DNA of 64,000 bases from an uncultured virus (IMG/VR IMGVR_UViG_3300033553_000824) (lineage: Duplodnaviria > Heunggongvirae > Uroviricota > Caudoviricetes): IMG/VR virus record IMGVR_UViG_3300033553_000824; one strand, 5' to 3'. The position numbers were made by a program, and so were the translations under genes. The notes below the pieces were generated by a model, which had not been told where the DNA came from, searched no databases, and saw only the letters and a list, made by a program, of their open reading frames with translations. Shown one piece after another: positions 10,036 to 19,711 of the stretch (the stretch's first letter is position 1; each line of letters starts with the position of its first letter).

Positions 10036-11799
10036 TTAGCATTGTTTGGAGGCGGCGTCGCTGTTTATCACACCAGTTCCCCCGAGAAGAATAATGCGGT
10101 TCACGTTGAGGTTTTTAAGAGCCAGGTAGGTTGCTGCGGGCATACAGGTTTTCTGACTGAGCAGAATAGGGGCGTTAGCTGCTGCGGCGGATGCGGCTCC
10201 TGCCAGAGCATCAGGGAAGTTATCCCCAACAGTTATGTAAGCTACGTTTGTTGTGGCTGGGGTGAAATAGTTTGAAACAATCGCCGCGCTCGTATCATAC
10301 CTTGAGCTACCTGAATATCTTGATATGGTCACCGGACCAAGCGCACCTGTTATTTGTGTTTTAAGTGTAGAAGAAAGAACCCCTTCTCCACCTAAGAAAA
10401 CAACTTTTGTAATACCTAATGTTTTCATCGCAGCTAACGTCTCCGCAGGGACACTGGTCTTAGTTGACAGCAGCAGAGGATAGCCGTTGATACCGCCCAC
10501 AGGCCCGCCTGAGAGAGCATCAGGGTAGTTTGTACCGGTAGCTAAGAAAGCTGTGTCCGTGGTGTTAGAGGGGAAATATTGTGTAGCTACTTTCGCTGCT
10601 GTGGAATACCGGTTAGCCCCATATACTCTAGCTGCCCCTCCAGTTCCCGCTAACGTTTTGAGTTGATTAAACACAGTATCATTTATAACACTCGGGCCTC
10701 CAAGAACAACTATTTTACGTGGAGATAATCTCTTGATTTCAGTTACCACACTAGCTGGCACACTATTATGTTGAACCAGAATAACAGGGCTTCCTAAACT
10801 AGCTGCTGCGGGACCAACAGAAAGAGCATCAGGAAAATTCTCGCCAGTAGCTATGAACACTGTATCTATTGGTGCGGAGAAAGATGCTTTGCTTATAGCC
10901 ACACCCGTATCGTACCTGCTAGCTCCCGCTAAACGAGTCAGAGCCGCATGAACTCCAGAACACGTTGGCTGAGAAGACATCCCAGCTGAACTAGCGGTGA
11001 ACACTCCTCCGGTTGAAGAAGAGCCGAAACAAATCTCCGTCCCGTTTGAAGTTAAAAGCCTGATACTGTATGAACCTGGTGGAACATCCGAGAAAGTGAA
11101 TACGTTACCTGGGCGAGCGCCACACTGTTTGAAGAAATCATTACCGCTTGGTTCGCTAACCAAAACCACGCAATCAGCTGTCCCAGAATACGAAACGTTA
11201 TCCAAATCGATAACAACATCAACCGGGTCCGGAATTGCTGAAGGGGTACCGTAATCACCAAAAACTTGAACACCCCACGTGTAACCTAAACTATCCTGAT
11301 AAACACCAACACCAATATGGGTCCAACCTGGGTTCAGCATACTCTCATTATGGGGAGGGCTGTTACGCCACTGAATCATGAGTTGTTTATAAGGGGTGGG
11401 GTAACCGGCGTTTACAGCTATGTTCTCCCCCGCTCCTTGCCACCCTGACGGTATCTGATCAGACATGTCAGGGTTATGCCTGAACGCTGTGCTAGTGTCC
11501 CCAGAAGCCGCATAATCAGATGCCATACGCTCAGCCCAAGCTTGCGCTACCGCTGATATCCTAGGGTCATGTACTAAACGGTCAACACCATTAGCTTCAC
11601 GATAATCGTTTGTGTCCCTCAGTATAGTCTCGAAACCAGCTGCCGTTTCATCTTGAACTGCTCCAGCGGGGGTAACAAAAGTTATTGACAACAGCAAAGC
11701 AACTAGAGAAGCGCCAACAGCTCTAACTAGATTTTGGCTTCCGGCTTCTAATGACGAAAGAGCGGTGCCCTTATTTTGTAAAACTTTTGCTATTCTCAT
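10036..11799 (-). CDS. Secreted CAP (SCP) domain protein with three cell-wall-binding repeat 2 domains
   Basis: Signal peptide; NDYR..NG, GENIA, WRNSPPH..MLNP..THIGVG; three (R)xxGxxRYxT...G.N(F/Y)PDAL repeats. Confidence 0.9.
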   Translation of the reverse strand: MRIAKVLQNKGTALSSLEAGSQNLVRAVGASLVALLLSITFVTPAGAVQDETAAGFETILRDTNDYREANGVDRLVHDPRISAVAQAWAERMASDYAASGDTSTAFRHNPDMSDQIPSGWQGAGENIAVNAGYPTPYKQLMIQWRNSPPHNESMLNPGWTHIGVGVYQDSLGYTWGVQVFGDYGTPSAIPDPVDVVIDLDNVSYSGTADCVVLVSEPSGNDFFKQCGARPGNVFTFSDVPPGSYSIRLLTSNGTEICFGSSSTGGVFTASSAGMSSQPTCSGVHAALTRLAGASRYDTGVAISKASFSAPIDTVFIATGENFPDALSVGPAAASLGSPVILVQHNSVPASVVTEIKRLSPRKIVVLGGPSVINDTVFNQLKTLAGTGGAARVYGANRYSTAAKVATQYFPSNTTDTAFLATGTNYPDALSGGPVGGINGYPLLLSTKTSVPAETLAAMKTLGITKVVFLGGEGVLSSTLKTQITGALGPVTISRYSGSSRYDTSAAIVSNYFTPATTNVAYITVGDNFPDALAGAASAAAANAPILLSQKTCMPAATYLALKNLNVNRIILLGGTGVINSDAASKQC

Positions 11800-11945
11800 G
11801 TGGGGGTTTACTCCTGATTGGGCATATCAACACAAAACGCCAATACTAGTATATTATCGGCAGCATGCCTGCGAAACATTTTTTTAGCGCACAGATTTTA
11901 ACAATACTTGCCGATATCTAGTTCTGGAGTAGTTAGGAAGTATCA

Positions 11946-12509
11946 ATGATGACTGTCAAGGCAGGCTGGTACAGAAGAAAGAGCGACGCTATCCGTTACT
12001 GGGATGGGGAAGCGTGGACAGACCACGTATATAAAGGGCCAGTGGAAGAAACTGAAGCCCCTGAAGCGGAAACTAAAGGCGAAGAAGCTCCCCTAGAAAC
12101 GCCTGTAGCTGACACCCCCGCAGATTATACCCTTACCCCTGACCCTCCTACATCGTCTGAAACGAATGGCGAGCAGCAAGTACCTTGGCCGCCCGTATTC
12201 GCAAAAGGCTCTGACATAAAATCTGATCTTAGGTCCCCTAAAACTAAGACAGAAGAAGCAACTGCTACCGTTAAAGATGCGCCTAAAGGCAAAAAAGGCT
12301 CTAAAAAAGTTAACAAAGTACTGATGATACTAGCAATAATAATCTTAGGGCTAGCTTTAGTTGGCGGTGTCGTTGGCACTTTTATGTTCAACAGTCCGCA
12401 ACAGGCTGCCCCAACAGGCGCTGTATCAGTTAGCAACCTAGCTGTGGTCGGGGTTGACTCAGAATATAACAGTTTCTCTTCTCCGCTGAATGGCGCGTTA
12501 ACCCTCTAA
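11946..12509 (+). CDS. DUF2510-domain membrane protein
   Basis: AGWY...RYWDGEAWT N-terminus; one TM helix. Confidence 0.8.
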   Translation: MMTVKAGWYRRKSDAIRYWDGEAWTDHVYKGPVEETEAPEAETKGEEAPLETPVADTPADYTLTPDPPTSSETNGEQQVPWPPVFAKGSDIKSDLRSPKTKTEEATATVKDAPKGKKGSKKVNKVLMILAIIILGLALVGGVVGTFMFNSPQQAAPTGAVSVSNLAVVGVDSEYNSFSSPLNGALTL

Positions 12510-12679
12510 ACATCTTGAACTATTTTTTGCCAAGATCTCTTTTCGTGCTACCGCGACAACTTACTGCGACATTCTGTCGCGATACTCTTTGTCCGCAGAA
12601 GCAATTAAACTTCCCGTTAGAGTATTTGTTATAGGTTACATCACAACCTACTTAAACTTATACAGCAAAAGGAAATATA

Positions 12680-12850
12680 ATGAAAAAATTTATAATAGTG
12701 TCCTCAAATAATAATCTCCCTGATGGCTATATAATGGCTGCCCGGTTCGTTGTTGAACACAGCGGAGCTGTTACCTTTTATGACGATGAGGGTCATGTTA
12801 TAAGAGCCTTAGGCGCAGAAAGCTGGGCTGACGTTTACGTTGAGCGTTAA
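12680..12850 (+). CDS. Small hypothetical protein (56 aa)
   Basis: Manual translation MKKFIIVSS...SWADVYVER; AAGGA RBS; CGTTAG upstream. Confidence 0.6.
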   Translation: MKKFIIVSSNNNLPDGYIMAARFVVEHSGAVTFYDDEGHVIRALGAESWADVYVER

Positions 12851-12878
12851 AAACTAAAATAAAAAGGAGATCATAGAA

Positions 12879-13166
12879 ATGAAGAAACCAAAAGCACCCG
12901 CGTCTATTGAAGTGTATTTACCTAACAAAGAAGGTATGCACATGATACGTTTCGAAACGTTCAGTGACGCTAAAGATTTTTTTGAACATTTAATACCTGC
13001 TGATTATTCAACAGAGTTTGTTTCATTAGAGCTCCTCAACGAATTTGATGTAACTTACAGTACGAAGAAAGTTGCGTTAGCTGCGTTCAGGAAACTCTGG
13101 TTTGAGCAGGACCTCAGCTCTTCACCAAACGGTATTTTCGATACTAACATGCCAAAAAGCTTCTAA
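12879..13166 (+). CDS. Hypothetical protein, paralog of 59235-59501
   Basis: AKDFFEHLIPADYS vs AKKFFDTLNEADYS. Confidence 0.7.
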   Translation: MKKPKAPASIEVYLPNKEGMHMIRFETFSDAKDFFEHLIPADYSTEFVSLELLNEFDVTYSTKKVALAAFRKLWFEQDLSSSPNGIFDTNMPKSF

Positions 13167-13218
13167 CGAAACAAAAAATACTTACACAAAACACAGCACA
13201 TAAGCGGAGGGAAATAGA

Positions 13219-13506
13219 ATGCCAACACAACCGCATGTAGATGAGAAAGGTAAAACGGTTTATAGTCCCGTTAACCTTGATGGAGTACCCTTATATGATT
13301 ATAAATGGTGCGCACCTCATGATGACCATTGGATTTTATGTTACGCTTTCCTTACAGATGAAGAAGTCAACAACATGCTTAGCGACCCTGAAATAGTTAT
13401 GAAACCAGCCAGATCTCTCTTCAGAAGCCAGAACTCAGCTGAGAGTATGTCACTGCGAATCATGCGCTGGGAAAGAGGAGACAGCCAAGGCCGCCCTTAC
13501 AGTTAA
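13219..13506 (+). CDS. Hypothetical protein
   Basis: GGAGG RBS; clean ORF. Confidence 0.65.
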   Translation: MPTQPHVDEKGKTVYSPVNLDGVPLYDYKWCAPHDDHWILCYAFLTDEEVNNMLSDPEIVMKPARSLFRSQNSAESMSLRIMRWERGDSQGRPYS

Positions 13507-13672
13507 AAGTAGCTCCTAAACCCGCTAATCAGGTACTAAAGCGCATATAGATAAGGCCCAGCTGAGCGCCACGTTCATAGTGTTTATCGGCCCGTATTAC
13601 ATTTAAAAAGAATGCCGATAGTAATCTAATAAGGACAGTATCTTAAAGATGCTGAAACGCTAAGGAACGCAT

Positions 13673-13996
13673 ATGTCACAACAACCATACACCCCGCCCA
13701 GCAGGTTCGACAACAACGGCGGAGGGGGATACCCGCCACAGTACGGCAACAGCACTGAGAAAGATTGGATGGGTATAGTTTCCATCATTGGCGCTTTCTT
13801 CTTCCCTCTTCTCGGAGTTATCTTCGGCCACATGGGAATGAAAGCGAACAGAGAAGGTCAAGCCTCCAACGAAGGTCTCACTAAAGCAGGTCTCGTCTTA
13901 AGCTATGTGTTCTTAGCTATAGGTTTATTGTTCACCATATTCTACTTCGTTGTGCTAGCATCAGCTGTTTCCTCAGGAACAGTAACAGTCCAGTAA
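13673..13996 (+). CDS. DUF4190-like membrane protein
   Basis: Pro-rich N-terminus; two TM helices with GVIFGH.G...AGL..SY. Confidence 0.8.
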   Translation: MSQQPYTPPSRFDNNGGGGYPPQYGNSTEKDWMGIVSIIGAFFFPLLGVIFGHMGMKANREGQASNEGLTKAGLVLSYVFLAIGLLFTIFYFVVLASAVSSGTVTVQ

Positions 13997-14208
13997 GTTA
14001 AAGACCTATTTTTAAGTCTTTGCACTAGGCAACAGTCACCTAGCTTACTAAACGTGCGCCAGGTCAGACAAAAATATGAAACAGCTTCAGTAATCAGTTA
14101 ACTATGCTGGTAATCTGAAGTTGTTTTGTTTTCTGTGAGAAGAAAAATAAACCATATTCACTCCGTTAGATAACCTATAGCACAAGTTCACTAGAAGGAG
14201 TTTAACTT

Positions 14209-14400
14209 ATGTCATCAAAACAGTACACTGGTTTAGTTAAAATCAAATGTAGTGAACCTAAATGTATTTGGGATTTAACATCAACAGATAAAGGCGAAAC
14301 TGTGGAAACAGCAAGAGTTTACCTGAAAGAGAAAGGTTGGGCTTCGGACGGAAGCACAGACGCGGACTACTGCCCTAAACACAAAGATAATCTAAAATAA
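14209..14400 (+). CDS. Small Cys/His hypothetical protein
   Basis: AAGGAG RBS; CxxxxC and GW...YCPKH. Confidence 0.65.
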   Translation: MSSKQYTGLVKIKCSEPKCIWDLTSTDKGETVETARVYLKEKGWASDGSTDADYCPKHKDNLK

Positions 14401-14428
14401 ACCACAAACCCAAAAAGGCGGAAAACTA

Positions 14429-14692
14429 ATGGCGTTACGTAAAATACATGTTCGAGATAATTTAGCTGATATGGCACATCACGAGTTCGCTTATGATGAA
14501 GAAACCGGAATGGAATATTATCTTTACGAACTAGAGGATGGTAAATATATATTAGGGAAATGCCATGACGGTGTTGGCCTAATGACATACTATGTTAGTG
14601 AAACGAAACAAGAAATCATCGACACGGTGCCCACAAAATCTTGGTTCGAAACGGAAGAGCCTGTTGAGCCCATAAGATTAGATTACTACTAA
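14429..14692 (+). CDS. Hypothetical protein
   Basis: Operon-like spacing. Confidence 0.6.
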   Translation: MALRKIHVRDNLADMAHHEFAYDEETGMEYYLYELEDGKYILGKCHDGVGLMTYYVSETKQEIIDTVPTKSWFETEEPVEPIRLDYY

Positions 14693-14705
14693 AAAGGAAA
14701 CCATA

Positions 14706-14891
14706 ATGGCAAACAAGATGGATAACATAGTTAAAGCTTTAACAGCTGATGTACACAACGAAGATGGTTGGCTTTCAGACGCACAAGACGCTCGTCTTGA
14801 AATCGAACAAGACGGTAGGGTGTACTTCAACGGAGAAGGTTCAATAGATCTAAACCATATAGCTGAAATAGCTGCCCGCGCAGCAGAGTAA
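14706..14891 (+). CDS. Hypothetical protein
   Basis: AAGGA RBS. Confidence 0.6.
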   Translation: MANKMDNIVKALTADVHNEDGWLSDAQDARLEIEQDGRVYFNGEGSIDLNHIAEIAARAAE

Positions 14892-14917
14892 GTATTCTAC
14901 AACATAAGGAATAACTC

Positions 14918-15199
14918 GTGTCACAAGTACCTTACTCACCGAAACAACCCAGCTACCCGCCATACGTAAGAAACACAGAGAAAGACTGGATGGGCATAGT
15001 TTCACTCATCGGGGCTTTCGTGTTTCCCATAGTAGGTATTGTTTTCGGTCATCTCGGAATGAAAGCATACAGGGAAGGCGAAGCTTCCAATAATTCAATA
15101 GCTAAAATAGGTCTCATTCTAAGTTACGTTTTCACCGGATTGAGCGTACTGGGTTTCCTGTATGCCCTCATTCTCGCAGCAACAGTATCTTCAACCTGA
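14918..15199 (+). CDS. DUF4190-like membrane protein, paralog of 13673-13996
   Basis: Shared TEKDWMGIVS.IGAF.FP..G..FGH.GMKA.REG.ASN. Confidence 0.8.
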   Translation: MSQVPYSPKQPSYPPYVRNTEKDWMGIVSLIGAFVFPIVGIVFGHLGMKAYREGEASNNSIAKIGLILSYVFTGLSVLGFLYALILAATVSST

Positions 15200-15249
15200 T
15201 AAACATCTCAGCTTTAAGGAGCGCATTCGAAGTCCGTTAGGATAAAAAT

Positions 15250-15519
15250 ATGAATAGCAAAAGACTTAAAAAGATATGCGACAGCTTCTTCGCTTTAGAA
15301 GAAAACTCGCTTCCTGTGGATGATGTAGAGGAAGCTTATACGAAATTAATTGAGGAAGCTTTCAAAACTGTCGGTGAGAAAATAAACGAAAAAATGGCAC
15401 ATAACATAGCAGTCAATTTCCTACATGAACTCACTGACCTTCAAGATGCTAACACCCCTGAAACTGAAGAGAACTATAAGACAGCTCTGGCAGACGCCAT
15501 TGAAAGAGAAATCTGGTAA
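15250..15519 (+). CDS. Hypothetical protein
   Basis: ORF immediately downstream of a CGTTAG motif. Confidence 0.6.
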   Translation: MNSKRLKKICDSFFALEENSLPVDDVEEAYTKLIEEAFKTVGEKINEKMAHNIAVNFLHELTDLQDANTPETEENYKTALADAIEREIW

Positions 15520-15526
15520 CGATAAA

Positions 15527-16069
15527 ATGAGCAACGATTTAGGTCCATTCATCTCTCTGATACTCAGACATAAACCAGAAACAATTGGTGTTACCATGGA
15601 CCCTAAAGGATGGGTTGATGTTAACGAGCTTATAGAAGGTATCAACAAAGCAGGTAAAAACATCACCCGTGAGAAGTTAGATAACATTGTTGAAACAAAC
15701 AACAAACGTCGTTACGAATACAGCGAAGACGGTAAACAAATAAGAGCCGCCCAAGGCCACTCAATCAACATAGATGCCCAACCAGAAGAGAAAACACCCC
15801 CAGTTGTTCTATATCACGGAACAGCTAAACAGTATTTACCTAACATCCTCAAAGAAGGGCTCACCCCGCAAAAAAGAATACATGTTCACCTCTCAGATGA
15901 CATCCAAACAGCTTCCCAAGTAGGTAAACGCCACGGTGAGTTGGTTGTACTGGAAATTGATACTCAAGCTTTATATGTGAAAGGACATAAGTTCTATAAA
16001 TCAGCTAACAACGTATGGCTAACAAGCCACATACCAGTTGAATATGTGACAATAAAATCAGCCGAATAA
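15527..16069 (+). CDS. kptA: RNA 2'-phosphotransferase (KptA/Tpt1 family)
   Basis: SLILRHKP, GWV, KRRY, IRAAQGHS, LYHGT, RIHVHLS, GKRHG, NNVWLT motifs. Confidence 0.92.
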   Translation: MSNDLGPFISLILRHKPETIGVTMDPKGWVDVNELIEGINKAGKNITREKLDNIVETNNKRRYEYSEDGKQIRAAQGHSINIDAQPEEKTPPVVLYHGTAKQYLPNILKEGLTPQKRIHVHLSDDIQTASQVGKRHGELVVLEIDTQALYVKGHKFYKSANNVWLTSHIPVEYVTIKSAE

Positions 16070-16225
16070 CATAGTTATTAACTATTACTTAATATGGAAT
16101 ATCTCCGTGGTACTACGGCTGACATTTCACTATCACCAGTACCGTACATGCGCTCAGACGCTATTTTATTACATGCCGATATTTCCATACAGAAGTCAAC
16201 TAACGTAAAGGGTAAAGTAAAATTT

Positions 16226-17158
16226 ATGTCGAACCGTCAAACTAAACTACTCATCAACCAGTTCCTCATTGTAGGTGGTTCTCTCTTCACAATGTTTATT
16301 GTTTTCGTAACAACAACCGGTGGTGGACTACCAACATGGGTTACAGCAGTTGCCACGTTATCCATACCGTTCCTAGGTTTCTTCTTCATGAAAAGGTTAA
16401 TGGATGCTGAGAAGAAACATCGAGCATGGATTGAAAAAGCCGGGTGGAGCCCCTCGGATGACGCTAACCGAAGTTACATGCTGAAGAGACTAGTTTTCCC
16501 TCATAGTACTTTCAAAAACGCACAGGAAGCTGAAGCGGGCATGAAAGGTGCCCTGCTCGGCTCAATGAAGGGGAACAACTTTATGGAGCCCCCGCCATCC
16601 GTGAGTGCGGACAGCGTATATTTCAAAAAATATGAAGACACTGACGCTTTCGTACTGAACCACACGTACACTCATTATATAAGAAACATGCATAACAACG
16701 ATGACTCTGAGGAAAGATGGAATAAACAAACAGAGATAACGGGTGTCATGGGGCTAGAACTACCTTACGCGTTACCTTATTTCCATTTGAAAAAAGAAGA
16801 TGTGGTTGATAAGATCAAACAGAACGTGACGGCAGGTCCAGCAGGTGACCTTGAAGTAGAATCATATGAATTCAACAGAAAATGGAAAATCTTCAGAGAT
16901 GATGATAGATACGCGCATAGTATCCTCACCCCAACTGTTATTGACTTACTCAACAAACCAGAGTACGATTCTATTAGAGAGATTGTCATAATTAACGGTA
17001 TGATAATAGCGCTCCGGGATGGCGGTTACGACACTGACGAAGTAGCTACCGCCTTAAACGGTCTGTACCAACTTGGAGATACTATACCTGATTTCGTGTG
17101 GAAAGACTACGGCAAAGCTAACCCTGCGTTCGGACGTATGAACCCAGAGGCAGTCTGA
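16226..17158 (+). CDS. Two-TM membrane protein with DUF3137-like domain
   Basis: Two N-terminal TM helices; LEVESYEFNRKWKI...YAHSILTP; CCGATA at 16176 supports start 16226. Confidence 0.65.
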   Translation: MSNRQTKLLINQFLIVGGSLFTMFIVFVTTTGGGLPTWVTAVATLSIPFLGFFFMKRLMDAEKKHRAWIEKAGWSPSDDANRSYMLKRLVFPHSTFKNAQEAEAGMKGALLGSMKGNNFMEPPPSVSADSVYFKKYEDTDAFVLNHTYTHYIRNMHNNDDSEERWNKQTEITGVMGLELPYALPYFHLKKEDVVDKIKQNVTAGPAGDLEVESYEFNRKWKIFRDDDRYAHSILTPTVIDLLNKPEYDSIREIVIINGMIIALRDGGYDTDEVATALNGLYQLGDTIPDFVWKDYGKANPAFGRMNPEAV

Positions 17159-17202
17159 CGTTACCCGATAGAAAACTTTCATAAACGCAGTAGGGAGATA
17201 AC

Positions 17203-17589
17203 ATGTACGGTATTAACAAACCCAACCCTGAGATAACATCAACAAATTTCACTAAAGTAAGTAGCCTACCTATAATCCCGCCAGTGGTAATAGCTGATTA
17301 CGCATATCTCAGAAGAGGAGCAGCGGCGGTCGCCAACCCTGAGAGCTTCGTCGCTGACATAGAAAAAGGGAAATATGGTAAAGTAGTTGGCATCTGGACA
17401 GGAAGACCCAAATACCTTAAACAATGGGTGCTCCTCAACAGGGAAGGGCAACTGTTATCCAGCGCGAACGCCCTGGATGTAACTGATGATCTGAGAACGA
17501 AACTAGCTGAAGACCCACACAGTTTAGATAAATATGTTTTAGCTGCAGGCCCTAACATGTCTTTAGCTGATATTTTAAATAAGATATAA
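17203..17589 (+). CDS. Hypothetical protein, family A (six paralogs in window)
   Basis: PEIT..FTK..LP, G.YG.VVGIW, LNREG, Y.L..GP. Confidence 0.75.
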   Translation: MYGINKPNPEITSTNFTKVSSLPIIPPVVIADYAYLRRGAAAVANPESFVADIEKGKYGKVVGIWTGRPKYLKQWVLLNREGQLLSSANALDVTDDLRTKLAEDPHSLDKYVLAAGPNMSLADILNKI

Positions 17590-17742
17590 TAGAAAGAATC
17601 CGCAGCGAAACAACCGTAATCTAAAACCTCAGAAAAATCTTTTAATAATAAGAAGTAGTCGGAATATAAAAACAAACAGACAGACGTTAGAGCTAACGTA
17701 ATGTAAATATGCCAACAGTACTTACTAACAGGAGAAAACAAT

Positions 17743-18141
17743 ATGAGTAGCATTGATCACAATAAAATCCGAATGGAAGCCAGCAATAGAAGCACTATAG
17801 CTATGCTCACTGTCCGATCTGCAGAAATATTAGCTGAATATGCTTACGGTAAGAAAGGCACACCGGCCTTCGAATCGCCTGATAGCTTTATGAGACTTCT
17901 AGGCGAAGGGTCTTTTGGTAAAATTGTTGGCCTCTGGGTTAAGCCCCACGGTAAATCATATTCGGATTTCATTGCGCTCAATAGTGACGGGGAAATATAC
18001 GATAGTACGAACCTGTTGAAGTCGCGATTAGATGATTTCAAAGCCAACGTGAAATATAATGACGGGAAAGCACTTAAGGAATACAAGCTAGCTGTAGGGC
18101 CTGATCTTCCTCTTGCAAGACTTATCGAAAAATACCTCTAA
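17743..18141 (+). CDS. Hypothetical protein, family A
   Basis: GSFGKIVGLW, LNSDG, YKLAVGP. Confidence 0.75.
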   Translation: MSSIDHNKIRMEASNRSTIAMLTVRSAEILAEYAYGKKGTPAFESPDSFMRLLGEGSFGKIVGLWVKPHGKSYSDFIALNSDGEIYDSTNLLKSRLDDFKANVKYNDGKALKEYKLAVGPDLPLARLIEKYL

Positions 18142-18193
18142 AAACCAGGTTAACAAATACAAGGTAGCGGTATAGTATTAAACTAGGTGGTTA

Positions 18194-18505
18194 TCAGTCG
18201 CTTTCTTTCAGTCGGTGATGATCGCCGTTAGTGTCAATGTAATGTAACTCCCAATATTCTGGAGCAACATCCCATTCGCTAACAGTCACACAAGCCGGTA
18301 TTTGACGACGACCCTTGCCGAAACAGTCAAGATCATCACATTCCATGATACGTTCAAGATGATCCGTAACATACTCTTCAGCTCTCTTACGCGCTTCAGA
18401 CTGATTAACATCCTCAGCGACAGGCCAGCTGACTTCCGCTATAACACGATGTTTAGTGGTCATACGCTCCCCACCCCAAACATAACCAATAACTGTGTTC
18501 TTCAT
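18194..18505 (-). CDS. Hypothetical protein
   Basis: GGAGG RBS before ATG 18505. Confidence 0.6.
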   Translation of the reverse strand: MKNTVIGYVWGGERMTTKHRVIAEVSWPVAEDVNQSEARKRAEEYVTDHLERIMECDDLDCFGKGRRQIPACVTVSEWDVAPEYWELHYIDTNGDHHRLKESD

Positions 18506-18524
18506 TTCAATCCTCCGTAGCTTA

Positions 18525-18770
18525 TTAAGCTTTCTTATATATTGCGTCAACCTCAGAGCGAGAGAAAACCGCGACAGGCCCATCCGATAAAAGGGTTCTC
18601 ATGTCATCCGCATCGTTAATCCATAGTGGATATGCGTTACCTGGACGTTGAACAGATAAAAGACCTCCAGCGTTTTTAACATAACCAAGATCACCCGAAC
18701 GGGAAATAGTCATCCCACCGGCTTCTAAAATCTCAACAACTTCCTCAATAAGACTTACTTTTTTAGACAT
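18525..18770 (-). CDS. Hypothetical protein, family B
   Basis: LE.GG...GP..V.SR.EV shared by three tandem genes. Confidence 0.75.
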   Translation of the reverse strand: MSKKVSLIEEVVEILEAGGMTISRSGDLGYVKNAGGLLSVQRPGNAYPLWINDADDMRTLLSDGPVAVFSRSEVDAIYKKA

Positions 18771-18805
18771 AACCTTTTGCTCCTTGTTTGTTTAACAACT
18801 ATGCT

Positions 18806-19057
18806 CTAACGCGATTTGTTGAACAACTCAATAACTTCTGCGCGCGACAGAACTGCGAAAGGCCCAGCTGTCATCAAAGCGTCCATATTATCCTCAGCGT
18901 CAACCCATAACAAATTAGGGTTACCCGGACGCGTAACAGCTAAAGTACTCCCCCTGTTAGGGTCACCAAAAGCAATAGCTCCAGTGCTAGAAACAATTAA
19001 ACCGCCTGGCTCTAAAAACTCAACCAGCTCCTCAACAGTGTTAGCTCTCTTATACAT
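18806..19057 (-). CDS. Hypothetical protein, family B
   Basis: Tandem paralog. Confidence 0.75.
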   Translation of the reverse strand: MYKRANTVEELVEFLEPGGLIVSSTGAIAFGDPNRGSTLAVTRPGNPNLLWVDAEDNMDALMTAGPFAVLSRAEVIELFNKSR

Positions 19058-19142
19058 TATATATTCTCCTTTATTATTTATATACTAACTTAAATTACAT
19101 TAGTTTACAAGCCCAAAACTGTCAACTAGTTCAAAACATATT

Positions 19143-19379
19143 TTATTTCTTATTAGCTAATTCCTCAACCTCAGCTCGTGAAAAAACTTCCACCGGCCCA
19201 CTCTCATAAGCAAGGAACTCCGCAGGAGACAGCCCACGAGAATGATGAGTGGTGATGATCGGTAACTCCCCAGTCGCAGAAGGATCAACGAAACCAATGA
19301 AACCTTTACTGGTAACGACCATACCGCCAGGCTCTAAACTGTTAGTTAAATCCTCAACAGTGTTCACTTTCTTAGACAT
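19143..19379 (-). CDS. Hypothetical protein, family B
   Basis: Tandem paralog. Confidence 0.75.
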   Translation of the reverse strand: MSKKVNTVEDLTNSLEPGGMVVTSKGFIGFVDPSATGELPIITTHHSRGLSPAEFLAYESGPVEVFSRAEVEELANKK

Positions 19380-19488
19380 AGTATTCTGCTCCTTGTTTAT
19401 TCAACAAATATATCCTAACGCAATTCCGTTACGGTTCGTTACCCGGACAGCCAGGTGAACACGAAGCGTTGTCCTTAATATAGAAACT

Positions 19489-19653
19489 TTAGTTTACGCT
19501 ACCGTCTTCGTTGATGTCGCCATAACCTAAAGCTTGTAAACCAACAAAATAAGGGTCATCTGTTTGGTATGCTTCCATACAAGCTTCCTCCCCTGCGTCC
19601 TCTAACATTATTTTACCTAATTCAATGAGTTCCTGCTCCCGTAATGTTGCCAT
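19489..19653 (-). CDS. Small acidic hypothetical protein (54 aa)
   Basis: Manual translation MATLREQELIELGK...; AAGGAG RBS; CGTTAG upstream. Confidence 0.55.
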   Translation of the reverse strand: MATLREQELIELGKIMLEDAGEEACMEAYQTDDPYFVGLQALGYGDINEDGSVN

Positions 19654-19711
19654 TTTGTGACGCTCCTTTTACTATATTTTTGTTTAACAGTCATATCCTA
19701 ACGCAGCGTAA